From positions 3,343,891-3,407,890 of the forward strand of contig CAJFCJ010000002.1 in NCBI GenBank assembly GCA_904063045.1: a stretch of 64,000 nt of DNA, given 5' to 3'. The stretch is from Dimorphilus gyrociliatus. Taxonomy: Eukaryota; Animalia; Annelida. A program made the position numbers and the translations under genes. The notes beneath the pieces were generated by a model that was not told the origin of the DNA, did no database searches, and saw only the letters and a list, made by a program, of their open reading frames with translations. Numbering within the stretch: the first letter of the stretch is position 1; every line of letters starts with the position of its first letter. Below are positions 41,201-53,304 of this stretch, in pieces.

Positions 41201-42452
41201 CTAATATTTCGAAAAACATGACAAATTTTAAGCCAAATGAACCAATTATTCTGTATATTATTCTATATTTGTAACTACCAAGAATTTGCATTATTTCTTT
41301 ATTTCTTAAGTACTCTATCCTTTTACTAAAGTATTTTTCCCAAATCAACATTTTAATAATTTGAATGCCTGATAATATTTCGTTCATTAAGAGAATTCTT
41401 TTATCAGTCTTTTCTGCTATTTTAGATCTTTTGGTTCCTTGCTTAAATGCCAGAAATGATTGAATAGAAACAAGAAAGACAGTCGCAGATAAAAGTCCCA
41501 AGCCAACAATAGAACCATATAAGAAGGATATCATAGAAAATGATATAAGAATTAAGAATATGGCACCAAAGAAACTTTCACAATAATTGCACAAGAAGTT
41601 TATTCTTTCAATATCTGATGAGTATATCGACAATATAAAACCCGAAGTATACTGTGAAATCGTTTGGTAATCAATTTTTAGAATCTGGAATTTGAAATGT
41701 ATGGAATTACATCTAAAATATAAACTATTTATTTTGAAATCAATACTTTATAAAACAAACAACAACTTAAAGAACTTCGAACTTTAATACCAGCGCTAAT
41801 AAAACAAAGTGCACTATATCTTGAATTGATAGCGTCCATAAAAGAGCAGAATCCTTTATTAAATTAATAATAAATATCAAGTGAATTTTGGTAATATTGT
41901 AATTTTACCTAAAAGAACAACGAACGTGTACGAAAACGTAGTGACTCTTGTCTGAATGTCCATAATAATTCTTTGTAGTATAAACGGTAAACTTAGACGG
42001 AAAATAACCTTTAAAAGTAAACTATATTCATATTTGCTATTTACTTGTAAATTTGTTGACTTACGGATATAAATTTAAAAATTAATCCACTTATTATATC
42101 ATTTAACACCAATTTAAATATTCCATACATAATACGATTGTCTTTTTTTTTAAAGTCATTACTATATATCCCTATACCTAAATTTCTATAATTATCATTA
42201 ACAGAGATTATTTAATAATATAAAATGTAAAGTTACTTTGATAACTTCAGATGAAGATTGCGAGAAGAGAATTCGCTATGTAATGTAAAATTTAAGATAT
42301 TTTTTAATCTTTTCTTCGCCATAATTATCGGAATAATCCATCTGTGTATTAGAAAACATGTAAACGCTAACATATAATATTAATATTTTGTATATAAACC
42401 CCTGGGTATATTTCTGTATAAAGTTAGCGTGCTCGATTGGATGAACAGTCAT
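38297..42452 (-). CDS. ABCC4: ABCC4/MRP4-like ABC transporter (copy A)
   Basis: Starts MTVHPIEHANFIQKYTQGWIIP. Motifs GRVGSGKT, LSGGQRAR, YVFDDPLSAIN and GRILNRFSRD are present, and NBD2 is identical to copy B. About 11 exons that splice in frame by eye. Confidence 0.87.
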
Positions 42453-42707
42453 CTTACTGCCGGTTCTCAGTCAATACTTCTGATCCACAGATCGTTTGGC
42501 TATTTTACAATACTATCTATTCGTCATTTTGTCAGTACCAACAAATTCTTTACAATAGATGTACAACACATACGAAAAGCGTACTAACAATAGTTTTGCG
42601 ATAGTTAACATTTCTCTTTTTATATTGGTTTATTTAAAGAAAGTTTAGGCTATCATATAAGTATTTTTCTGCAGGTGAAGGTTATAAACAAAAACAATAT
42701 TCAGTAT

Positions 42708-45700
42708 TTATAACGTTTCAACAAATTTATCTTTATCTTTTGAGATTGTAATATCTTCCTCAAAAAATAAATCTTTTATCAATGTTAAAATCTCAACGAA
42801 AAATGAACCATGTAACATCGTTGATTTTTCAATATTTTGTGATATTTTTGAACAGAAACTTGCTTCATCGGTATTTAAACAATTATCATCCGTTTCGTAA
42901 TCTGGAATATTGTCACCGTCTCTGTCAATATCATAAATATCTGGAATAAGATCGTTATCGTCATCATCATCTATATAATCTGGGATTCCGTCATTGTCAG
43001 AGTCTTTTTTTGTATCAATAAATATACTGGAAGACTTTCTTGTTGTTAAGCAGAGATTAGATTTTTCTAAATTGCCCTTTGAACTCGACTCTATAAAATT
43101 CATAGAGAGCTGTTTATCTAATATTAAGTGTTTAGCTATACTTTCAACTTCTAAATCAGAATCTTTTTCTATTGGAATGCCACCTTCGTCCCTAAATACC
43201 TCTGAAGATTCGTCTTCTGTTTCTAAATTATTTAATGCAGATTCCTCGCTTATCATTGCACCGTCATCGAAAGTTGTGGACTCTAGGATATTTTCGTTTT
43301 CTGTCTCAGCTTGTAAAGTGTTATCTTTTAAATTGTCGGGAACACTTTTCTCTTGTTCACCTGCAACAGAATAATCATATTCAATATCCTTTTTTTCATC
43401 TTTCCCTCCAAACAGTGACTGTTCCTCTTTGAAGTTGTCTGGAATGCCCAAAATCGTATCTTCAAGCTCAAGTTTTTCAAAGTTACTTTTTCCCTCCGTA
43501 TCCTTTGTAGGAAAATCTTCAGCTAAACCTTTACCTGAAAAAATTTGTATTATCGTAATTTACAAGATTAATTTCCTTTTTTCAGTGAAAATATAAATAT
43601 ATCTAATAGAACAGAAAAAAAGAAATACCTGCAACGTCAGGCGTTTCCTTTAAAATGTCAATGTCTAAATAATCTGGCACACCATCTGAATCAGAATCAA
43701 CATCTAAATCCTCAAAAGTGGAATCAAAAATATTATTATCAATTCTACTTTCCTCTTCAAGTACATCGAAATCATAATCAGCCTTTGGTAATTTTAAACT
43801 TTCATCAGTTAAAATTTCATCAACATCCACAGGTATTTTAGTTACATTTTTAGAAGACCGCTGACTATTGTCTTTGATTTCGACACTTTCGACACTGTCT
43901 TCAACTTCTACAATATCTACCATCACATCATCAAGAGTTTCGGGTTTCAGTAATTCAATTTCCTTATCACTATTAAAATTATCAAAGTGATCAGGACTTT
44001 CGTCATAATCTTTTTCATCACCTAAATAATCTGGAATTCCATTTCCATCTGAATCTTTCAAAATATTGTTTTCTGAATCTTTAGAAATTGTGCTTTCTTC
44101 CTGGTCAATCTCTTTTTTCGTTTTCTCAATAAAATCATTATCTTCCTCTAAATGATCGGGTATTCCATCGTTGTCATCGTCATCATCTAAATAATCTGGT
44201 ATTCCATCTCCATCTGAATCCTTCATCATGTAATCATCTTCTTTAGACTTTGTTTTCAATTCTTCATTTTCATTCCTTTCGTTAACATCATTGTTATCAT
44301 CTAAATGATCGGGTATTCCATCGTTGTCATCGTCATCATCTAAATAATCTGGTATTCCATCTCCATCTGAATCTTTAATCATGTAATCATCTTCTTCAAC
44401 TTTCGCTTTCAATTCTTCGTCACTTTCTTTCATTTCTTTAACATCATTTTTTTCATCTAAATGATCAGGCATTCCATCGCTGTCGGAGTCCCTCATGATG
44501 TAGTAGTCTTCATTATGCTTTGTTTTCAATTCTACATTTTCTTTCATTCCGTTGACATCATTGTTATCATCTAAATGATCGGGTATTCCATCATTGTCAT
44601 CATCATCGTCTAAATAATCTGGTATTCCATCACCATCGGAATCTTTGATCATATAATCACTTTCAATTTCATCACTTTTAAGGCTCTTGTCATTATCTTC
44701 CTGGGCATCTTTTGTGTCCTTGCCTGGATAGCCCTCGTCTAAATAATCAGAAATTCTATCGCCATCACTGTCTTTCGTCATGTTATCATCTGCATCCTCG
44801 GAGCTCTTTTCTTCTTCATTAACTTTTGCATCGTTAAATTCATTCTTGTCATGTAAAAGGTCAGGAATTCCATCATTATTATTATCATCATCTAAGTAAT
44901 CCGGTATTCCGTCACCGTCTGAATCTTTAATCATATAATTGTCTTCTACTTCATATTTGGAAGCTAAAAACCTTTCATCATTTTCTTTCTTTTCTTTAAA
45001 ATCATTTTCGCCTTCTGGGTGATCATATATGCCCTTATTATCATTATCATCATCTAAATAATCAGGTATCCCATCACCGTCTGAATCTTTAGTCATATAA
45101 TTATCTTCGTCTTCATGTTTTGAGCTCAATTCCTTTTCTTCATTTGCTTTCTTTTCGTCATTGTTATTATCTGTGTGATCAGGTGTTTCATCATTGTCAA
45201 TATTGGCATCTAAATGATTTGGCATTCTGCCACTATCTGTGTTTTCAAGCTTGTAATCACCTGCTTCATATTTTGAGCTCAGCTCTTTTACATTATTAAT
45301 CTTTTCATCAACATCATTTTTATCATCTATTTCATCAGGAATGCCATCATTGTCGTCATCATCGTCTAAATAATCTGGTATTCCATCACCGTCCGAATCT
45401 TTAATCATATAATCTTCTTCTTCATCCAGCTTTGTTCTAAATTCTTCACTTTTACTCTCTTTGGTTTCCTTAGCATCATTTTTATCATCTATTTCATCAG
45501 GAATGCCATCATTGTCGTCATCATCGTCTAAATAATCTGGTATTCCATCACCGTCCGAATCTTTAATCATATAATCATCTTCTTCATCCAGCTTTGTTCT
45601 AAATTCTTCATTTTTACTCTCTTTTGTTTCCTTAGCATCATTTTTATCATCTATTTCATCAGGAATGCCATCATTGTCGTCATCATCGTCTAAATAATCT

Positions 45701-48700
45701 GGTATTCCATCACCGTCCGAATCTCTAATCATATAATCATCTTCTTCATCCAGCTTTGTTCTAAATTCTTCACTTTTACTCTCTTTGGTTTCCTTAGCAT
45801 CATTTTTATCATCTATTTCATCAGGAATGCCATCATTGTCGTCATCATCGTCTAAATAATCTGGTATTCCATCACCGTCCGAATCTTTAATCATATAATC
45901 ATCTTCTTCATCCAGCTTTGTTCTAAATTCTTCATTTTTACTCTCTTTTGTTTCCTCAGCATCATTTTTATCATCTATTTCATCAGGAATGCCATCATTG
46001 TCGTCATCATCGTCTAAATAATCTGGTATTCCATCACCGTCCGAATCTCTAATCATATAATCATCTTCTTCATCCAGCTTTGTTCTAAATTCTTCACTTT
46101 TACTCTCTTTGGTTTCCTTAGCATCATTTTTATCATCTATTTCATCAGGAATGCCATCATTGTCGTCATCATCGTCTAAATAATCTGGTATTCCATCACC
46201 GTCCGAATCTCTAATCATATAATCATCTTCTTCATCCAGCTTTGTTCTAAATTCTTCACTTTTACTCTCTTTGGTTTCCTTAGCATCATTTTTATCATCT
46301 ATTTCATCAGGAATGCCATCATTGTCGTCATCATCGTCTAAATAATCTGGTATTCCATCACCGTCCGAATCTTTAATCATATAATCTTCTTCTTCATCCA
46401 GCTTTGTTCTAAATTCTTCACTTTTACTCTCTTTGGTTTCCTTAGCATCATTTTTATCATCTATTTCATCAGGAATGCCATCATTGTCGTCATCATCGTC
46501 TAAATAATCTGGTATTCCATCACCGTCCGAATCTCTAATCATATAATCATCTTCTTCATCCAGCTTTGTTCTAAATTCTTCACTTTTACTCTCTTTGGTT
46601 TCCTTAGCATCATTTTTATCATCTATTTCATCAGGAATGCCATCATTGTTGTCATCATCATCTAAATAATCTGGTATTCCATTACCGTCCGAATCTTTAA
46701 TCATATAATCATCTTCTTCATCCAGCTTTGTTCTAAATTCTTCATTTTTACTCTCTTTTGTTTCCTCAGCATCATTTTTATCATCTATTTCATCAGGAAT
46801 GCCATCATTGTCGTCATCATCGTCTAAATAATCTGGTATTCCATCACCGTCCGAATCTTTAATCATATAATCATTTTCTTCCTCATTCTTCGATCTCAAT
46901 TTTCTCCCTTCACTCTCTTTCGTTTCCTTAACATCGTTTTCATTATCTATCTTATCAGGTATACCATCATTATCATCATCATCGTCTAAATAATCTGGTA
47001 TTCCATCGCCATCTGAATCCTTGGTCATGTAATTACTTTCATCTTCATCACTTTTGTGGCTCTCGTCATTATCTTTCTGTGCATCTTTTGTGTCTTTGCC
47101 TTGATAGTTCTCGTCTAACTTATCAAGAATTCTATCGCCACCACTCTCTTTGATTATGTTGTTAGCTTCACCTTTTGATCTCTTATCTTTTTCAGTACCT
47201 TTTTCATCATTAAATTCATTCTTGTTGTCTAATTGATCAGGTATACCGTCATTGTCATTATTATCGTCTAAATAATCTGGTATTCCATCACCATCGGAAT
47301 CTTTGATCATAAAATCTTCGTTTTCCTCATTTGTGTCTCTTTCATTATCTTCCTGCGCATCTTTTGTGTCCTTGACTTCATAATCGTCATCCAAATAGCC
47401 TGGAATTCCATAACCTTCGGTGTCTTTTGTTATGTTATCATCTTCGTCCTTTGAGTTCTTTTCTTCTTCCTTACTTTTTGCTTCATTAAATTCATTCTTG
47501 TCACCTAAATGATCAGGAATTCCAGCATTATCATTATCATCGTCTAAATAATCCGGTATTCCGTCACCGTCTGAATCTTTAATCATATAATCATCTGTTT
47601 CATCATGCTTTGAACTTAGTTCCTGTTCTTTAATCTCTTTCGTTTCCTTACTGAAACTGCCGTCCTCTGAATAATCTGATACGCCATTGTTGTCCTCATC
47701 ATTATCCAAGTAATCGGGTATTCCGTCACCATCTCTATCTTTAATCAAATTGTCTTCATTTTCTCCATTTTTGGTGTTTTTTTCCTTCTTTTGGACTTGA
47801 CCCTTTGTTTCCCTGGCCTGATTGTTTTCATTTAAATTTTCAGAATTTCCATCATTGTCATTATCATCGTCTAAATAATCCGGTGTTCCATCAGCATCTG
47901 CATCTCTAAAGGTATAATCGCCTTCTTCATGTTTTGAGCTCCACTCTTCCTCTTCTATTTCACTTTTTTCGTTTACATCATTGTTTTCATCTAAATGATC
48001 AGGTATTCCATCGTTGTCATCGTCATCATCTAAATAATCTGGTATTCCATCTCCATCTGAATCCTTCATCATGTAATCATCTTCATTAGGCTTTGTTTTC
48101 AATTCTTCATTTTCTTTCATTTCGTTAACATCATTGTTATCATCTAAATGATCGGGTATTCCATCATTGTCATCGTCATCATCCAAATAATCTGGTATTC
48201 CATCTCCATCTGAATCCTTCATCATGTAGTCATCTTCATTAGGCTTTGTTTTCAATTCTTCATTTTCTTTCATATCGTTAACATCATTATTATCATCTAA
48301 ATGATCGGGTATCCCATCATTGTCATCGTCATCATCCAAATAATCTGGTATTCCATCTCCATCTGAATCCTTCATCATGTAATCATCTTCTTTAGGCTTT
48401 CTTTTTAATTCTTCATTTTCTTTCATTTCGTTAACATCATTGTTATCGTCTAAATGATCGGGTATTCCATCATTGTCATCGTCATCATCTAAATAATCTG
48501 GTATTCCATCGCCATCGGAATCTTTCAGCATGTAATCGTCTTCAACTTTTGTTTTCAATTCTTCTTCATTTTCTTTCATTTTTTTGGCATTATTATCGTC
48601 GTCCAAGTGATCTGGAATTCCATCGTTATCGTCGTCATCGTCTAAGTAATTTGGTATTCCATCACCGTCTGTGTCTTTAACCATATAATCATGTTCATCA

Positions 48701-49880
48701 TTTTTGGAGGTCATTTCTTGTTTCTCGACTTTTTCGTTAGTGTCATTGTCATTCTCTAAATCAACATGCACATCGTCATCATCAATATCTCTGAAAACAT
48801 TATCAACTTTCTTTTTTTCATTGTTTTTTTCTTTTTTTTCTTTGGTGTCACTGTTGTCGTTTATATAAGGCGGTGTTCCGTCATCCAGCTTCGATGAATG
48901 ATAAGTTTTTCCTGAATTAGACGATCTTTTCCTCTGATCTCCTTGATACTCAAGAAGTATTTCTGTAAGCTCGTTGTTCTCTAAATCAGCAGGTTCCTTA
49001 TTAAATATTTTGCGATTCTCACTTTCCAAGACTTGATCAAATTTCTTTTTTTCGTCGTATTTGTTTTGTACGCCATCGTTATCATCATCATCCATGTAGT
49101 TCGGTATACTATCACCGTCATCATCCTGCATAGTATAGTTTTCTTCAGATGATTTACCGTCACTACGATTTTCTTTGTTTTCATTATTTTGAGCTTCCTC
49201 ATTATCTTGCGAAATGTAATCATCTTGTTCAGAATCTAAATGATTTGTCCTTTTTTCAATGTTTTCATGCTCAAGTTTGCTATTTCCAGTATTAATTGAA
49301 TCATCCTCATTAAACTTGTCTTTGGAAGCTGACTCTTTTTCATTATCTTCATATAAGTAATTCGGAGAGCCGAAATCTTCTTCGTAGTTGTTCGAAAGCA
49401 AATCTTGAAAGACAATTTCAATAAGAAACAACATCATAGGAATGGATTAAAAACCAACCACTTTTTTGAGAATCGGGGAATATATAGTGTCTGTGTAGCG
49501 AGGAATCTGTATCGAGATAATCCGGTATTCCATCTCCGTCTTCATCTTCTTCTTCATCCGGTATTCCTAAAATACGAAAGAAAAATCTACAGGGTTGCTC
49601 TTTAAGTATAAATGTTATCTGCACACCGTCACCATCATCGTCATCATCCAGATAATTTGGTATCCCGTCACCGTCCGTATCCTAGTTAGGACGCGGCCAT
49701 AAAAGAGAATGAATTTGAATGGTCGGTGCATTGGAGAAAACTCACCTCTTCTAGATAATTAGGTAAAGCGTCCAAATCTGTCCTAAACTCGTCTTCGGAA
49801 GTAGAATAATAACCTGTATCTTCTTCCGTTTCTTCAATCGAAAGCAATTTTCTTTGACAAAATTCGCAAGTATTCGTTAC
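42708..49880 (-). CDS. Giant Asp/Glu-rich protein with about 25 canonical and several degenerate Cys-free thrombospondin type-3-like repeats ([22 protein letters not shown]); 5' end unresolved
   Basis: Exons 49880-49746, 49681-49627, 49566-49459, 49403-43629 (5775 nt) and 43534-42708 join in frame (6900 nt, 2299 codons plus stop). The DxDxDGxxD motif is the TSP3 Ca2+-binding signature. There is no Met in the first three exons, and an in-frame TAG (the acceptor) lies immediately 5' of 49880. Confidence 0.85.
45313..46872 (-). repeat. Coding tandem array, about 10 x 162 bp (54 aa)
   Basis: TTCATCAGGAATGCCATC recurs at 45331, 45493, 45655, 45817, 45979, 46141, 46303, 46465, 46627 and 46789, a period of exactly 162. 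Confidence 0.95.
47980..48695 (-). repeat. Coding tandem array of about 153-bp (51 aa) units; related units recur at about 44150-44660
   Basis: ATCCTTCATCATGTA occurs at 48061, 48214 and 48367 (period 153). The protein unit is [51 protein letters not shown]. Confidence 0.9.
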
Positions 49881-49897
49881 CTAAAAGTTTGTAAATA

Positions 49898-49927
49898 TAC
49901 TGTATGTATATATATATATATATATAT
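49898..49927. repeat. (TA)n microsatellite between GRP94 and the acidic-repeat gene
   Basis: TACTGTATG followed by about 10 TA units. Confidence 0.85.
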
Positions 49928-50169
49928 CAGTTTGTTCTTATGTTGGCTAAGAGAGTGTTAGGTGTTGTTTTTTCAAATCAGCAAAATATATATTTTCAGA
50001 TTAATATTAAAATGTAGAAAAAATGTATTGAACACATATCATTAATAATATATTTCATGAGGAACAGGAATAAACAACAACAAACAATTGTAAAAACAAC
50101 AAAAAAGCATGACTAGAAATATATGACTTTAATGACTAGAAGAATTTTATTAATATTTTATCTCTAATA

Positions 50170-53100
50170 TCATAGCTCTTCCTTTTCCTGAAAAAGGGAT
50201 ATCATGCGGTTAAATCACTTCAAATTGATCTTAATAAGGTATAGTTTTGTTATCTTACCTTTGTTTCACTTTCGTCATCAATGAATTCCTCTTTAGATGC
50301 GGTAGCATCGTCAGCCTTGTCAGAATCATTGTCAGCTTCTTCGGTTCCATCGGCGTCTGTAACGCTTTCATCCATAACTTCATCGTCATCTTCTGGCTCA
50401 TCTTCAATCGGCTCATTCAAAGGAATTTCCATAGATAATCTCAACATATTCTCTATTCTCTGCGAAAAACCGGCTGTATCGACGAGTGAAAAGCCTGATC
50501 TGAGAACAGCTGATTCATAGAGAACAGTAGCTAAATCCTTTGTAGTTGCATCCTCTCTATCTACTGCTGCTCTCTCCTTTAATTTTTTCACCAGAGGATG
50601 TCTTGGATTCATTTCAAGTATCTTTTTCTGTCCGCTATAATAATCATTTCCAGTGTCTTTAGATTTTTGATATGCCTGTGATTTCATTATTCTTTCCATA
50701 TTTCCAGACCAGCCAGATGTTGTAGCAACCAAAGCACAAGGAGAGGTAGTCAATCGATCAGAAACAATAGCCTTCTCTATTTTACCAGGTAGAACATGAT
50801 TCATCATGTATTCCATCAGAGGCTCATATTCTCTCTCTAAAGCCTCCTTTCTTTGTTTAGCTTTTTCCGAATCATTCAACTTAACTCCTTCTTTTGCGAC
50901 GTTCTGAAATTTTTTGCCCTCAAACTCAGGTAAAGCTTGAATGCAATATTCATCAACAGCTTCAGTTAAGTAGAGAACTTCATAGCCTTTCTTCAATAGC
51001 TTTTCAACGAAGGGAGATTTTTCTCCTTCCTCTCTTGAAGTTCCAGCTACATAATAAATTGAATCTTGTCCTTCCTTCATTCTCTCTACATAGTCACCAA
51101 GCGAGGAAAGTTCGGCGGCAGAGTGAGAAGATTGAAATTTCAAAAGTCTTGATAATCTTGTACGATTTGCGTGATCTTCAATAACTCCTAGTTTGATATT
51201 TGTACTAAATTCTTTCCAAAATTGAGCAAAATCCTCTGTGCTCATTTTCTTAATCATATCTAAGGTTTTCCTAACTAATTTCTTTTTAATAACTTTTAAT
51301 AGTTTATGTTGCTGAAGCGTTTCTCTAGACACATTAAGGGGAAGATCATCACTATCTACAACTCCTTTCACAAAGGAAAGATACTTGGGCATCATTTCTT
51401 CAAAATTATCAGTGATAAATACTCTTCTCACATACATTTTTATCATATCAATCTTTTTTCCGTAATTTGTAAACATGTCTTGAGGGCTAGTTTTCGGGAT
51501 GAACAATATGGCTTTGAAAGTTACTTCACCTATAAAATGAAAACTCTAAGTAGTAAAAAGTCACATACAAAATACTTTTAAATATAAAAAAATAAAACCT
51601 TCAGCTGTGAAATGAGTATGAGACAAAGGTGGCTCATATTCTTTTGAGAAGGACTTGTAAAAATCTACATACTCGTGATCTTCTATTTCTCCAGATTTTC
51701 TTGTCCATATGGGTTTATTATCATTTAAGAGTGTCCAATCCCAAATTGTTTTGTCAACATAACTACTAGTCTCGCCTCCTTCGCCATCATCAACTTTTTC
51801 TTCAACTTGTTCAACCCTCGAATCCCAAATATAAATATTAAAATTTATAAATTGTGAATATTTCTTAATAAGGTCACGGATAGTCGTTTGTTCAAGATAC
51901 TCTGAAGCTTCTTCTTTCATATGTAGAGAAACAGTGGTACCTCTTGTCAGAGTCGTCCCTCTTGGATCCTTTGAAACGGTAAAGGAAGAAGCATCTGACT
52001 CCCAAACATATTGTTCGTCATCATTACTCTTTGACGTAACCATAACTCGATCGGCAACAAGAAATGACGAATAGAAACCAACTCCAAATTGACCAATCAT
52101 ATCATTCATTTCTTGAGACCCTGCCTCACTTAATTTACTAAGAAATTCCGAAGTTCCAGACTTGGCAATTGTACCCAATTGTTTAACAAGGTCATCTTTT
52201 GTCATCCCTATACCACTATCAGTTATATGAAGCATTTGATTCTCTTTATCAGCTCGAATTTTTATCGATAATTCGTCAAAGTCACCTAAAGCTTTTTTGT
52301 CGGTCAACGAAAGTAAACGAATTTTGTCGAGAGCATCTGAAGCATTCGAAATTAATTCACGCAGGAAAATTTCCTTGTTTTTGTATAAAGAGTTAATAAT
52401 CAGCTTCATCATTCTATCAACCTCAGCTTGAAAGGTGAACTTTTCAGCTTTATCTCGCATTTCCTTTAGTTGAGAAACATTTAGCTCATCTATTTTTATA
52501 GCCTCCTCCTCCCTATGTAAACAGTATTTTATTAGGTACAAAAGTGTGCGAATAATGTGTTACGTAGGAAGTTTACCGATTTATTTACAAAAGAGTTAAA
52601 AATTACTTAAATTTAGCATAAGGAACAGCTTATGTAGAGTTAATATACCCTAAAGGTGAAAATTTACAATCATACACTATACTGACTATCTGGTTTCAAT
52701 AAATAATATAGGCTAAATTTCCACGAATTTTCTTAGTGGAAACGGATACGTTAGATTTTTTTTTTACTCTTTGAAGCAATCTCTTCAAGTTTTTCTTGGA
52801 AAAAGCGAATTAAAGCAAATAAAAATATTTAAGATATGAAATTTAATTGAATAAAAAATCATTATTGATGCACAATAATTATTTATGAAATAAAAAATGT
52901 TTACCTTTTAACAGTTTCATCATCAGTTTTTGACGCATCTCGACTTTTACCTATGTCATCATTTGCTGTTGGTGTCGACTCTAAATCATCTTCAGCCGAA
53001 ATTATTACTGCAACGAAAATTCTACGTTCAATTTCTCATAAAAAAAAACTAAAACCAAGTAAAATTCAAAAATAGAATTCTATTTCTAGAACTCTTCAGC

Positions 53101-53227
53101 ATCTCAAAGCAAGTGAAAAAGTTAATGCTTTAGCAATAGTTAGTTGTAATTTTGTTAAATTTTATCTATTTTACTGACCAGGACAGAAAAAAATACAAAA
53201 AACGAAAATTAGAGCGAACTTCTTCAT
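50170..53227 (-). CDS. HSP90B1: Endoplasmin / GRP94 (ER Hsp90), 784 aa, 5 exons
   Basis: Exons 53227-53179 (signal peptide [16 protein letters not shown]), 53007-52905, 52512-51599, 51529-50259 and 50187-50170 total 2355 nt. Motifs [31 protein letters not shown] and [10 protein letters not shown] are present; the protein ends EKEEL*, with AATAAA about 20 nt after the stop. Confidence 0.97.
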
Positions 53228-53304
53228 GACCGACAAGAAATGATGAATCTTCTCTAATTGACAGAAGTCGTGCCTATTTTGGCTAGGATTCGCCGCCCAA
53301 AGCT

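Noticed and set aside
21755-42452. Overlapping or frameshifted ORF pieces in ABCC copies A-D suggesting pseudogenes
   Set aside because: The breaks correspond to 50-80 nt GT-AG introns with compatible phases.
45313-46872. Regular repeat array resembling CRISPR or satellite DNA
   Set aside because: The units are contiguous 162-bp in-frame coding repeats with no unique spacers, in an intron-containing eukaryotic gene with no cas genes.
32717-52396. Plus-strand ORFs (32717, 33369, 38778, 42994, 50281, 50894, 51306, 52199) and alternate-frame ORFs (43235, 48981, 49236)
   Set aside because: Antisense or alternate-frame shadows of real coding exons.
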